From Macrostomum hystrix (taxonomy: Eukaryota; Animalia; Platyhelminthes), in assembly GCA_950097015.1 (NCBI GenBank), contig CATNEN010000038.1:17484001-17548000 (forward strand): 64,000 nucleotides of DNA. The letters are read 5' to 3'. The position numbers and the translations under genes were made by a program. This document shows positions 12,118 through 29,100 of this stretch, piece by piece. The notes beneath the pieces were generated by a model that did not search any database, had not been told where the DNA came from, and saw nothing but the letters and a program-made list of their open reading frames with translations. Every line of letters begins with the position of its first letter. The stretch's first letter is position 1.

Positions 12118-12738
12118 GAGAGTGAGGTGTAGTGTGGGAGAGTGAGGTGTAGTGTGGGAGAGTGAGGTGTAGTGTGGGAGAGTGAGGTGTAGTGTGGGAG
12201 AGTGATGTGTAGTGTGGGAGAGTGAGGTGTAGTGTGGGAGAGTGAGGTGTAGTGTGGGAGAGTGATGTGTAGTGTGGGAGAGTGAGGTGTAGTGTGGGAG
12301 AGTGAGGGGTAGTGTGGGAGAGTGAGGTGTAGTGTGGGAGAGTGAGGTGTAGTGTGGCAGAGTGAGGGGTAGTGTGGGAGAGTGAGGTGTAGTGTGGGAG
12401 AGTGAGGTGTAGTGTGGGAGAGTGAGGTGTAGTGTGGGAGAGTGAGGTGTAGTGTGGGAGAGTGAGGTGTAGTGTGGGAGAGTGAGGTGTAGTGTGGGAG
12501 AGTGAGGTGTAGTGTGGGAGAGTGAGGTGTAGTGTGGAAGAGTGAGGTGTAGTGTGGGAGAGTGAGGTGTAGTGTGGCAGAGTGAGGTGTAGTGTGGCAG
12601 AGTGAGGTGTAGTGTGGGAGAGTGAGGTGTAGTGTGGGAGAGTGAGGTGTAGTGTGGCAGAGTGAGGTGTAGTGTGGGAGAGTGAGGTGTAGTGTGGGAG
12701 AGTGAGGTGTAGTGTGGGAGAGTGAGGTGTAGTGTGAG
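12118..12738. repeat. 20-bp minisatellite (agtgaggtgtagtgtgggag)
   Basis: About 31 near-identical units. Confidence 0.97.
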
Positions 12739-13139
12739 AGAATATTTAGCGTGAGGTATTTTAGAGTATGGAATCACATTCGTCTTCCAACAATAGTCAC
12801 GCTGCCTTACGAGTATTTTTACAACTAGCCAATCAAAATTCAAGCGCTGACAGCAAAATGATCCCATTTTACAACCTTATTTTCAACGGGAGTCAGTCTG
12901 CTAACAATCTGACTACTGCTTGTAAAAGGAATCAAGCGATTGTCTTTAAAAAAAGCATGCAAATTAGTCTATCCTAAACTAAATATGGTTTAGATTTTAC
13001 AAGTCCTCCAAAAACAGGAGCATATGCAAATCTTTCAACGAAAGGCCTCACTCACTAACTGCTCACAGACAGTTGTGCGGTTGTCGTAGCTTGAAAATTG
13101 GGATATTCTGAGGGCCGTAATTGATTCTTGGGCTACAAC

Positions 13140-13437
13140 ACTAGACCCAGCAGCCAGCGAGTAGGCGATTCTGCCCATTTCGCTGACTCCTGAGCACACA
13201 CGCACACAGATACTGTACGCAGGCACACGCTCACACAGGTGTGTACATCTGCCCAGACTTTCTCATCGTCAGGCAGTGTATACTTCTCACTGTGCCTCAG
13301 AGGCCTAAATTGCACGACAAGTCCCCAAGCCTTCTCTCCGCGGCTGCGCCCCAAATGAATGTGGCCTCGCCGTGGAATCGAGCTCAGGGACCTTGGTGCG
13401 ACAGGCAAACGCGTTAACCACTCTGCCACTCACCACC
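13140..13437 (-). mobile_element. tRNA-derived SINE, family A (3'-truncated copy)
   Basis: Minus strand has A box TGGCAGAGTGG and B-box-like GCTCGATTCC; body matches 35452-35816. Confidence 0.85.
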
Positions 13438-14014
13438 CAGATAAAAATGTTGTACATGAAATTCGAAAAAGCAAAGCTAAACAATATTTAGCGCAACTTT
13501 CAACCATTGTGTTGCTAAAATATAAATTAAAATTTCATATGGTGAAGCAGCATTTTTAAATAATATATTTTTTGTTTAATAATAAATTCGACCGTAAATA
13601 AATAAACATATTCCACTTATAGCGTAAGCGTAAATATATATATATTATATTAGTTCCGCTTTATGTCTTAGTGTGCATATAAGAAATGTATGTAAATAGA
13701 GAAACATATTTGATTGCCACAGAGAAGCTAGCAAAATAATGACAAGAAGATAAAGCGACGAGGCTGCAAACCGGGGCCTACTCTTATTTAGGCATGAGCA
13801 TGAGACTAATAAAAAACATGTTACAAAATTATTGTTAATCAAGTTAAACCATCAGTTACTAGGTGCTTTAGCAATACAACTGGCTGTCGCAGACTCAAAA
13901 GTTAATATAGAAAGACTGAATAATGAACTAAAAACTGATAAATATATTTTAGTAGACAGTAATAATTATACCTGATAATATTTTTAGTGAAAAAACTTAT
14001 TTTTAAGTAAATGT

Positions 14015-16170
14015 TACGGATTTGGGGAGTAGGAGTGACAGATTTGAGGATTAGGAGTGACAGATTTGAGGATTAGGAGTGACAGATTTGAGGATTAGGA
14101 GTGACAGATTTGAGGATTAGGAGTGACAGATTTGAGGATTAGGAGTGACAGATTTGAGGATTAGGAGTGACAGATTTGAGGAGTAGGAGTGACAGATTTG
14201 AGGATTAGGAGTGACAGATTTGAGGATTCGGAGTGACGTATTTGAGGGTTAGGAGTGACGGTCTTGAGGATTAGGAGTGACAGATTTGAGGATTAGGAGT
14301 GACAGATTTGAGGAATAGGAGTGACAGATTTGAAGATTAGGAGTGACAGATTTGAATATTTGGAGTGACAGATTTGAGGAGAAGGAGTGACAGATTTGAG
14401 GATTAGGAGTCACAGATTTGAGGAGTAGGAGTGAAAGATTTGAATATTTGGAGTGACAGATTTGAGGAGTAGGAGTGACAGATTTGAGGATTAGGAGTGA
14501 CAGATTTGAGGAGTAGGAGTGACAGATTTGAGGATTAGGAGTGACGGTCTTGAGGATTAGGAGTGACAGATTTGAGGATTAGGAGTGACAGATTTGAGGA
14601 TTAGGAGTGACAGATTTGAAGATTAGGAGTGACAGATTTGAATATTTGGAGTGACAGATTTGAGGAGAAGGAGTGACAGATTTGAGGATTAGGAGTCACA
14701 GATTTGAGGAGTAGGAGTGAAAGATTTGAATATTTGGAGTGAAAGATTTGAGGAGTAGCAGTGACAGATTTGAATATTTGGAGTGAAAGATTTGAGGAGT
14801 AGGAGTGACAGATTTGAGGAGTAGGAGTGACAGATTTGAGGATTAGGAGTGACAGATTTGAGGATTAGGAGTGACAGATTTGACTATTTGGAGTGACAGA
14901 TTTGAGGATTAGGAGTCACAGATTTGAGGAGTAGGAGTGAAAGATTTGAATATTTGGAGTGAAAGATTTGAGGAGTAGCAGTGACAGATTTGAATATTTG
15001 GAGTGAAAGATTTGAGGAGTAGGAGTGACAGATTTGAGGAGTAGGAGTGACAGATTTGAGGAGTAGGAGTGACAGATTTGAGGATTAGGAGTGACAGATT
15101 TGAGGATTCGGAGTGACGTATTTGAGGGTTAGGAGTGACGGTCTTGAGGATTAGGAGTGACAGATTTGAGGATTAGGAGTGACAGATTTGAGGAATAGGA
15201 GTGACAGATTTGAAGATTAGGAGTGACAGATTTGAATATTTGGAGTGACAGATTTGAGGAGAAGGAGTGACAGATTTGAGGATTAGGAGTCACAGATTTG
15301 AGGAGTAGGAGTGAAAGATTTGAATATTTGGAGTGACAGATTTGAGGAGTAGGAGTGACAGATTTGAGGATTAGGAGTGACAGATTTGAGGAGTAGGAGT
15401 GACAGATTTGAGGATTAGGAGTGACGGTCTTGAGGATTAGGAGTGACAGATTTGAGGATTAGGAGTGACAGATTTGAGGAGTAGGAGTGAAAGATTTGAA
15501 TATTTGGAGTGACAGATTTGAATATTTGGAGTGACAGATTTGAGGAGAAGGAGTGACAGATTTGAGGATTAGGAGTCACAGATTTGAGGAGTAGGAGTGA
15601 AAGATTTGAATATTTGGAGTGAAAGATTTGAGGAGTAGCAGTGACAGATTTGAATATTTGGAGTGAAAGATTTGAGGAGTAGGAGTGACAGATTTGAGGA
15701 GTAGGAGTGACAGATTTGAGGATTAGGAGTGACAGATTTGAGGATTAGGAGTGACAGATTTGACTATTTGGAGTGACAGATTTGAGGATTAGGAGTCACA
15801 GATTTGAGGATTAGGAGTGACAGATTTGAGGATTAGGAGTGACAGATTTGAGGATTAGGAGTGACAGATTTGAGGATTAGGAGTCACAGATTTGAGGAGT
15901 AGGAGTGACAGATTTGAGGATTAGGAGTGACAGATTTGAGGAGTAGGAGTGACAGATTTGAGGATTAGGAGTGATGGATTTGAGGGTTAGGAGTGACAGA
16001 TGTGAGGATTAGGAGTGACAGATTTGAGGATTGGGAGTGATGGTTTTGAGGATTAGGAGTGACAGATTTGAGGATTAGGAGTGACAGATTTGAGGATTAG
16101 GAGTGACAGATTTGAGGATTAGGAGTGACAGATTTGAGGATTAGGAGTGACGGTTTTGAGGATTAGAAGT
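14015..16170. repeat. 22-bp minisatellite (gatttgaggattaggagtgaca) with 880-bp higher-order repeat
   Basis: The variant 'tgaggattcggagtgacgta' recurs at 14221 and 15101 (40 units apart). Confidence 0.95.
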
Positions 16171-16634
16171 TTAATCTTTGAGTTAATTTTCAAATTTAAA
16201 GTTCCCCAATTGGAGTTAAATTTAACCCACAAGAGATTGCGGCCAGTGTTAAAAGTACAGAAAAAAGGCGAATCTTCGGACTTGGTCAACTATAAATTGT
16301 AAATATACAAGTGCTTGTATTTGCTATGCAGTAGTAAAAAAATTGTCTGCGATAAGAGAATTCAAATTCAGTGACCAAACAATTTAGTTCAAGAGTAAAA
16401 TAAGGACGAGTAGAGAGAGAAAAAAGCACAAGCAACACAGTTATTTGGGAAGCTGAGAAAATCAGCATGCAATTGTCTAGGCATGCCAGACGGGGATAAC
16501 TCAGTAGCTTAGTGTAGTTTAGTATTTGAAAAGTTACCAGTATTTTTGATAATTTGTTAATCAGAACTGAAGCTAGTCATTTTTCTGTTCAGCTCGCCAA
16601 ATTTTTCTGCCGATGCGAATTCATTTATTTCTAC

Positions 16635-19790
<3,156 letters not shown>

Positions 19791-20974
19791 TTATGACGAT
19801 TCAATTAAGTTTATTTTTTAGACAACTTTAACGCCTAGTTTCAGGACGGACTGATTGTGGTAGCCTTTCCCAGCTGAAAGTGAAAAAAACTATCTGTTTT
19901 AGGAGGCATCGTAGCAATGTACGCGTAGCAACAATTGAATGGTACTTAATAATTTAAATAATTATAAGATCAAAATACTACGAGCTTGTTGAACTAAACG
20001 ATATAATATTTTTCTAACAATATACAGTACATGTATTTAATATAGGCAATTCTTGAAATTGCATAAGTACAGACTAATTAGAGAAAAATGCATTTGGATC
20101 AACACAGACAAGTAAGAATTTCGATAGAAAGCTCGACTGAAAAAATGTGTACGGTTTAACATTGAAATTTATATAAAGTTAGTTAATTATATTCTAAACA
20201 TCTACTCTATAAGCAGAACTAACGCATATGATATAGTAGACTCCACTAAAATAAGCAGTCTCGAGAGATTATGCAGACAACATTTGATAAATATATATTT
20301 GGTCGTCAAGCAAAACATATGCTTATATTTATATACTTATATAGAAGTATAATCGGTTTTTCATCTTTAGAAAGCAAAAAATATCGGCCATAAACTGCAT
20401 CCGTTCCCTGCATCAATTTCACACCTCAGATCAGGGGGTTCGTAATTGCTAGTCTTATATACTAAAAATGAAATGGTTGCTTGGTTGCTTGTAATTGATT
20501 TTCTCCCGAACGGCTCAACCGATTTTCACCATTTCTTCACCAAAATATGCCAAATATGGGCAGAATTTTACACGTATTTTTAATAAGCTTAACTTCATTG
20601 TTAAGGGGATTAAATATTCGAAAAACTGTTTTAGATAGGATTTTTAATGCATTTCATCAGAGCCAGTTTTGTCAACGTGCATTCCACTGCCAATTTTAAT
20701 GATTGCATCAGGGCCAGTTTTGTTAATAGTGAGTACACTGATAAGAATTTCACTGTGTCAAATGTACATAGCTATGTCAACCCCACTGGCGAGACAGTCA
20801 GTGCGAATTTATAAATAGATTACATCACAGCTTTTCTCACCCGTGTGTGTGATTTGAATAGGTAAAATGTGCATAGCCCTGCAGACTTCAATTCAACGAT
20901 ATATTGAGACATCTACTCCTTTCTTACTACAACATATAAATCATCAAATCTTTAACAAAATGTCAATCGAGAAA

Positions 20975-22820
20975 AGTGTCCAACAGTTTTTTAAATGTCT
21001 AACAGTTTTTTTAATGTCCTACAGTTTTCTACATGTGTTTACCAGTATTCTAAAAGTGTTTACCAGTATTCTAAATGTTTTTACCAGTATTCTAAATGTG
21101 TTTACCAGTATTCTAAATGTGTTTACCAGTATTCTAAATGTGTTTACCAGTATTCTAAATGTGTTTACCAGTATTCTAAATGTGTTTACCCGTATTCTAA
21201 ATGTGTTTACCAGTATTCTAAATGTGTTTACCAGTATTCTAAATGTGTTTACCAGTATTCTAAATGTGTTTACCAGTATTCTAAATGTGTTTACCAGTAT
21301 TCTAAACGTGTTTACCAGTATTATAAATGTGTTTACCAGCACTCTAAATGTGTTTACCAGTTTTCTAATTGTGTTTACCTGTTTTATAAATGTGTTTACC
21401 AGTACTCTAAATGTGTTTACCAGTACTCTAAATGTGTTTAACAGTTTTCTAATTGTGTATACCACTATTCTAAATGTGTTTAATAGTTTTCTAAATGTGT
21501 TTACCAGTATTATAAATGTGTTTACCAGTAGTCTTTATGTGTTTAACAGTTTTCTAAATGTGTCTACCAGTTTTCTAAATGTTTTTACCAGTAGTCTAAA
21601 TGTGTTTACCAGTATTATAAATGTGTTTACCAGTTTTCTAATTGTGTTTACCAGTTTTCTAAATGTGTTTACCTGTTTTCAAAATGTGTTTACCAGTATT
21701 TTAAATGTGTTTAACATTTTTCTAAAAGTCTTCAACTGTTTTCTAAAAGTGTTTAACCGTTTTCTAAATGTATTTATCAGTTTTCTAAATGTATTTATCA
21801 GTTTTCAAAATGTGTTTACCAGTATTCTAAATGTGTTTAACATTTTTCTAAAAGTCTTCAACTGTTTTCTAAAAGTGTTTAACCGTTTTCTAAATGTATT
21901 TATCAGTTTTCTAAATATATTTATCAGTTTTCAAAATGTGTTTACCAGTTATTCTAAATGTGTTTAACATTTTTCTAAATGTGTTTACCAGTTTTCTAAA
22001 TGTGTTTACCAGTTTTATAAATGTGTTTACCAGTTTTCTAAATGTGTTTATCAGTTTTCTAAAAGTGTTTACGAGTATTCTAAATGTGTTTACCAGTTTT
22101 TTAAAGTGTTTAACGGGTTTCTAAATGTGTTTAACAGTTTTCTAAATGTCTTTAACAGTTTTCTAAATGTGTCCAACAGTTTTTAATGTGTTTACAGGTT
22201 TCTAAATGTATTTAACAGTTTTCTAAATGTTTTATCAGTTTTCTAAACGTGTTTATCAGTTTTCTAATTGTGTTTAACAGTTTTCTAAAAGCGTTTAATA
22301 GTTTTCTAAATGTGTCCAACAGTTTTCTAAAAGTGTTTAACCGTTTTCTAAATGTGTTTAACAGCTTTCAAAAGTGTCTAAAAGTTTTTTAATGTGTTTA
22401 TAGGTTTCTAAATGTGTTCAACAGTTTTCGCAATGTGTTTAACATTTTTCTAAATGTGTTTACCTGTTTTCTAAATGCGTTTTCCAGTGTTCTAAATATG
22501 TTTAACAGTTTTCTAAATCCGTTTTCCAGTATTCTAAATGTTTTTTTTCCAGAATTCTAAATGTGTTTATCAGTTTTCTAAACGTTTATATTAGTTTTCT
22601 AAATGTGTTTACCATTTTTCTAAAAGTGTTGAACTGTTTTCTAAATGTGTTTATCAGTTTTCTAAATGTGTTAAATAGTTTTTTAAGGTGTAAATCGTTT
22701 TTCAAAATGTTTCCAGTAGTTTTTTAATGTGTTTAATATTTTTCTAAATGATTTCAAGAGTTTTCTAAATGTGTCCAGTAATTACCGCTTTTCTAAATGC
22801 GTCTAAAAGTTTTTTAATTC
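20975..22820. repeat. 21-bp AT-rich minisatellite (ttctaaatgtgtttaccagta) inside the Helitron
   Basis: Tandem units decaying towards the 3' side. Confidence 0.95.
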
Positions 22821-22844
22821 GTTTATTGGTTAAAAATGGTTATT

Positions 22845-23400
22845 TGCTGCTGGTGGGATTAGTTCTCTGCTGCAGGGGGGGATTAGTTCTCTGCTGCAGG
22901 GGGGGAATTAGTTCTCTGCTGCTGGGGGGGAATTAGGGGGGGAATTAGTTCTCTGCTGCTGAGGGGAATTAGGGGGGAATTAGTTCTCTGCTGCTGAGGG
23001 GAATTAGGGGGGAATTAGTTCTCTGCTGCTGAGGGGAATTAGGGGAGAATTAGTTCTCTGCTGCTAGGGGGGAATTAGGGGGGAATTACTGCTGGGGGGA
23101 ATTAGCTCTCTGCTGCTGGGGAGAATTAGTTCTCTGCTGCTGGGGGGAATTAGGGGGAATTAGTTCTCTGCTGCTGGGGGGAATTAGTTCTCTGCTGCTG
23201 TGGGGAATTAGTTCTCTACTGCTGGGGGGAATTAGTTCTCTGCTGCTGGGGGGAATTAGGGGGGAATTAGTTCTCTGCTGCAGGGGGGGAAATTAGTTCT
23301 CTGCTGCTGGGGGGAATTAGGGGGGAATTAGTTCTTTGCTGCAGGGGGGAAATTAGTTCTCTGCTGCTGAGGGGGGGACATTCGTTTTTTATTGCTGAGG
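22845..23400. repeat. ~24-25-bp minisatellite (gggggaattagttctctgctgct) inside the Helitron
   Basis: Reverse complement of the 3040-4500 satellite family. Confidence 0.93.
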
Positions 23401-24008
23401 GGATAGTATTCACATGTACCTCAGTAGCATTAAGCTGAGTTGTATCAAACGGAAGTTACTTGGGTTATTTTTGCCCCAATGGGGCTCTTGGTGTACTGAC
23501 CGAATGTCTCAGAATGTATTCAAGCTCAGCCTGACTATTTTTGTATTTAGTGAGAATTCTAATTCTCGTTGACTCGCAATAACGTATATTCGCAATCAGG
23601 GAAATTATGACTGACGAAATGAGTTTACGTTTTTGTTTGCTTTCAGGTGTTTTATCCTTCTGCATTGCACAAGATTTTTTTGTCTGACCAGTAGTGCTCC
23701 CCGAAGGGGGGCAAAACTTGCTAGTCTATATACTAATTTTATTAATTAACTTTTTGCACTGCTAAATGGGTGTCGGAAATTCCGTGTCTAATTTTGTTAT
23801 TTGCATTTTAAAAGGCAAAAAAGCGACTAAAAAATTATAATTTTGAGATTCTGTGCCATTCTTTCTTACTCCAGATGGGATTTTGTACTGTTGGACAAAT
23901 ATAGAAGATTAGTACACCCAATATCGAAATTACTCTTTTACTGTAGAGCCCAAAACCAAAGACTAAAAATAATGATACTTAGAATTGTTCCCATACTCTT
24001 TTAATTGC

Positions 24009-25849
24009 TTACTGCAGCAAGTCCTCTAGGCAGGACATGACAGCGGTGGCTCTACTAGCCAGCATCTTGGCCCACAATGTCACCTGACCCTTCACCACAA
24101 AGTCATCGATTGACTGATTGTCACCGGCTTCTTCACAGCGAAGACCAGCCAGCCAGGCGTCGCTAGCTGGCCTACAGCCGGTTGAGTTCGGCACAATTAA
24201 TCGCTCCGACATGCCCGGCACAGATGCCAAGCTACTTCCCGACAGCCTAGAAAGCTCTTCTGTCACCATCCAGACGTCCCAGCCGGCTTCAGTGACCGCG
24301 GTGACGAGATCGGATCGTACAGAGTCGCCAAAGTAGGCAATAGTCCTGCCAGTCGGTTTCTCAGATTCGCTCAGTCTAGGATGAAGAAATCTTCGCTCAA
24401 ACTCGGCGGCGCTGCCCCCAATGTAGGCCTTGCCTCGACCGAATGGCAGTCGTTCGAAATGGCGCGTGGAAGCGGAATTGAAAAAGAAATTCGGCTTGTT
24501 AGCCTCCAATAAGCAACAGTCGAACAGGTCGGGCCAATCAGCGCCCAGGATGTACTCAAGGTGTCTGGCTCCGAATTGAGCCTCGGATGAGGATAAAAGA
24601 AACACATAGACTCCACTACGGCGAAGTTGGCTCAATAGGTCTCGAACTCCGGAAGTCACTGGGCAGAGATAATTGCCAGGATTGGCAAGAACGGCTTTGA
24701 AATAAGAGCCGCCGTCTGAGTAGACGTGAATCAAAGCGGAGTAGCAATCCCGCCATAGGGCGCTGCAGTCGGCTAAAGGCTCTGAACGGCTCTCCTCGGC
24801 CATGTCCACCTGCGGATTCGAGTTCAACAATGGGCCATTATGTAAACTGAGGGGAAAGGAATAAAAATTACACCTAACCGATTTGGGCTATATCTACCGC
24901 ATCTATCTCGGAGCGCATCCGAAGGCTGTGTACATCTTGTACAGTCCATGGACTGGGAGGCTAATACCCATTTTACTACGGGGTGAACTAGGAAATTAAG
25001 TGTCTTGATCTAGCGGGCGGAGAATGTGAATGGAGAGGAGGCAATTCTGACCATTTCGCTGAATCCTGAGCACACACGCACACAGAGACTGTACGCAGGC
25101 ACAGCTCACACAGGTGTTTACACCTGCCCTGATTTTCTCATCGTCAGGCAGTGTACACTTTCACTGTGCCTTGGAGATTGGCCACCAAGCTTTCTCTCTG
25201 CGGCTGTGCCCCAAATAAATGTGGCCTCGCCGCGGAATCGAGCTCAGGGACCTCTGCCACCCACCCACTGGAATTACTTAAAGTAGGATTTATGGTATGA
25301 TAATGCAAAAACTAGCGGCAGATATTCAAAACGACAAGTTTTTAGATGTACTTTCTAATTGTAAGGCATTGTTATATAAAAATTTTTATCTAAAAGCAAA
25401 GCAGAAATGTATTGAATGCGCACCAGCTTAGCAAAGATCAGACTGCCAGGCAGGTCATAATGGGTGTCCTGAAATCGGTAGCGACCCTCGCGCTCGTGCC
25501 GATAGCCGCTAGTCAGAGCATCGTCGGCGAATGCCGGCCGACCGTCGGGCGGGTAGGCAACCCTGGCGTCCAACTGTTTTGTGCCGTGGCAGACCCGCAG
25601 AGCTGAGCCTGTCGGCGACATCAAAAGCAAATTGCCGGCTAATTTATCTAGCATTGCGGCGCGACTCATAATGCCACACTCCATTGGCGACCAATCTAAG
25701 CGACGCAATCTTTCAGGATAGCCCCGATGATTGATTAGATAATCAGCTAGCTGGCCATAGACTAGGTTGACAAGGTTGCGCAACTGATAACGACCCAGGG
25801 TTAGATCGATATCGAATCCAACCGCGCTGTACTTTAATAGTCGATTCAT
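24009..25849 (-). CDS. NT5DC1: 5'-nucleotidase domain-containing (HAD, NT5DC1-like) protein, 2 exons (25849-25424, 24809-24009), ~408 aa
   Basis: HAD motif I VGFDIDLTLGRY, motif II FLLSSS, motif III ANKPNFF, motif IV YFGDSVRSD. Phase-0 junction CTG|GTGCGC ... CCGCAG|GTG. Confidence 0.85.
25030..25265 (-). mobile_element. tRNA-derived SINE family A, internally deleted, in the NT5DC1 intron (preceded by a family-B fragment at ~24940-25010)
   Basis: Similarity to the other family A copies in the window. Confidence 0.8.
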
Positions 25850-26118
25850 TTGTTATTATCGAGGACTATGCAGCTGAAAAGATCAGTGAGCAATGTTTTG
25901 TATGAAACTGAAATGCGCTTCATCAAGCTTTCTAGATTTATGCTTACAATATTCTAAATGCCGTCTAGCGCCGTTTCTATAGCTGAGATACTCGCAGCCA
26001 ATCAGAGACGAGTTCCGTAGATATATATATATAAAGAAAATAAAGCAACGAATATTTCTTCGTATAAACAACGACAAACTGAGCTGTTGCAGTTGACAAA
26101 TTTAAAAATTATTCAGCA

Positions 26119-29100
26119 ATGTTAGAACCTTTAAAACCGTTTTTCTTGACAATAGCGCTACTGCTTGCTTGGGAACAAGTTAATTCTGCACCCAGAAATT
26201 GGGAATGGCAGAGAGCATCGATCAGTGTGAACATCGATTCGGCTGCATCGGTTAGTGGCACAGTTGTAGAAAGAAAGATAATTCAACTGGCTGGATTCTA
26301 CGCACCAAAGACATCACCGACGACATTTCTGAGTGGCGGCAAATTGGTCAAAGTGAGTAGGAACTGCCTGACTGACTGACTGCCTGACTGCCTGACTGAC
26401 TGACTGCCTGACTGACTGCCTGACTGCCTGACTGACTGACTGCCTGACTGACTGCCTGACTGACTGACTGCCTGACTGACTGACTGACTGACTGACTGCC
26501 TGACTGACTGACTGACTGACTGACTGCCTGACTGACTGCCTGACTGACTGCCTGACTGACTGCCTGACTGCCTGACTGACTGACTGCCTGACTGACTGAC
26601 TGCCTGACTGACTGCCTGACTGACTGCCTGACTGACTGACTGACTGCCTGACTGACTGACTGCCTGACTGACTGACTGACTGACTGCCTGACTGACTGAC
26701 TGCCTGACTGACTGACTGCCTGACTGCCTGCCTGACTGACTGACTGACTGACTGACTAAGCATTGTCACACAATGCATTTTTAGACATAATAACAAATAA
26801 TTCTTTCAAAAAACTATTTACTTCCTTTGAATCTAAAATTTTAGCGCCAATTCATGTTTCGAAAAGCGATTTAGTGACACGGTCGAATGAGGATTTAGTA
26901 AATTGGGGATGGCAGCAAATGAATCACGATAGAGAGCAGAGTATAATTACTAAAGGAAAAATGATCCCAATGTATCACTGACCTCTTACCTGCTAGGCAA
27001 GCTGCAATCGAACACCTGATCCTTTACACTCCTTTGACTATGATCTAATCAGCTTAAGGAGGTAGATTTTAGCATCAGATTTCAGGTGCACTATCATAAA
27101 GCTCGAGGAATGTAAGCAAACTAATGATTATTATAAAACTATGGTGCACAACAGGTCTAGATAAGGCAGGTAATCAAAGCGAAAGCTGTTTATGTTGGGC
27201 TTGTTTAACAAAAAAATTCAAACAGATAATAGCCACCTGCTGAAATAAACTAGCAATGTGTGAGGTACTTTGCCTATGACTGTAACTTCTACTTTGATAA
27301 ATCCCACACATAAATAGTAATTCAAAGACACACCTTCCCTCTATCTCAACAACTGTCACCCCACCGTATTTTCTACTAATTTTAGCGATTAACTTCACCT
27401 TATAACTTCACCTTATTCGCACATTTTCTGCCTCTTCACTCTCTTCACCCCTTCCCACTGTTCCTGCTCCCTCTATCTTTCTCCTCTTCCCACTGTTCCT
27501 GCCGCCTTATCATTCTCCTCTTTCATTGTTCCTGCCCCTTATAATTCTCCTCTTCCCCACTGTTCCTACCCCTTATCATTATCCTCTTCCCCTGTTCCTG
27601 CCGCCTTATCATTATCCTCTTCCCCTGTTCCTGCCGCCTTATCATTATCCTCTTCCCCTGTTCCTGCCGCCTTATCATTATCCTCTTCCCCTGTTCCTGC
27701 CGCCTTATCATTCTCCTCTTCCCCTGTTCCTGCCGCCTTATCATTCTCCTCTTCCCCTGTTCCTGCCACCTTATCATTATCCTCTTCCCTTTTTCCTGCC
27801 GCCTTATCATTCTCCTCTTCCCCTGTTCCTGCCCCTTATCATTATCCTCTTCCCCTGTTCCTGCCCCATATCATTCTCCTCTTCCCACTGTTCCTGCCCC
27901 TTATCATTCTCCTCTTCCCCTGTTCCTGCCCCTTATCATTCTCCTCTTCCCCTGTTCCTGCCCCTTATCATTCTCCTCTTCCCCTGTTCCTGCCGCCTTA
28001 TCATTCTCCTCTTCCCCTTTTCCTGCCGCCTTATCATTCTCCTCTTCCCCTGTTCCTGCCCCTTATCATTCTCCTCTTCCCCTGTTCCTGCCCCTTATCA
28101 TTCTCCTCTTCCCCTGTTCCTGCCCCTTATCATTCTCCTCTTCCCCTGTTCCTGCCGCCTTATCATTCTCCTCTTCCACTGTTCCTGCCGCCTTATCATT
28201 CTCCTCTTCCCCTGTTCCTGCCCCTTATCATTCTCCTCTTCCCCTGTTCCTGCCCCTTATCATTCTCCTCTTCCCCTGTTCCTGCCCCTTATCATTCTCC
28301 TCTTCCACTGTTCCTGCCCCTTATCATTCTCCTCTTCCCCTGTTCCTGCCGCCTTATCATTCTCCTCTTCCCCTGTTCCTGCCCCTTATCATTCTCCTCT
28401 TCCCCTGTTCCTGCCCCTTATCATTCTCCTCTTCCACTGTTCCTGCCGCCTTATCATTCTCCTCTTCCCCTGTTCCTGCCGCCTTATCATTCTCCTCTTC
28501 CACTGTTCCTGCCCCTTATCATTCTCCTCTTCCCCTGTTCCTGCCCCTTATCATTCTCCTCTTCCCCTGTTCCTGCCGCCTTATCATTCTCCTCTTCCCC
28601 TGTTCCTGCCGCCTTATCATTCTCCTCTTCCCACTGTTCCTGCCCCTTATCATTCTCCTCTTCCCACTGTTCCTGCCCCTTATCATTCTCCTCTTCCCAC
28701 TGTTCCTGCCCCTTATCATTCTCCTCTTCCCACTGTTCCTGCCCCTTATCATTCTCCTCTTCCCCTGTTCCTGCCGCCTTATCATTCTCCTCTTCCCCTT
28801 TTCCTGCCGCCTTATTATTCTCTCCTTCGCAGTTATCCTAGACACCCTCTTCTGTTCAATCTTCTCTAAGGAAACCCATTAAATCAGGAAAAAATGTGGG
28901 AAAATTACCAAAAAACTAATAAAAGAAAATCCGAGAAAACTGTAATGAAAATTCGGACACTAGACATTATTATAAGGGCCGTATCGTGAAGTCCAAACAG
29001 AAAATGCAGAACGGAAATTAAAAATTCCGCAGTTTAATTCTGACACAAGGCCTTGATCTAGTGTCTACCCTGAGTCCCGATTGACAGACAGGCCTAGCCA

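Larger units (their letters stand above)
20453..23724 (+). mobile_element. Non-autonomous Helitron carrying two internal satellites
   Basis: 5' TC start (TCTTATATACTAAAAATG...AACGGCTCAACCGATTTTCACC, a motif typical of animal Helitron 5' ends). 3' GC hairpin gctcccc-gaa-ggggggc lies 8 nt before the terminal CTAG (23721-23724), which is followed by T. Confidence 0.7.

Noticed and set aside
24841-24860. Stronger-looking acceptor (tcccctcag) for NT5DC1 exon 2
   Set aside because: It gives an immediate in-frame TAA; the 24810 acceptor preserves the frame and homology
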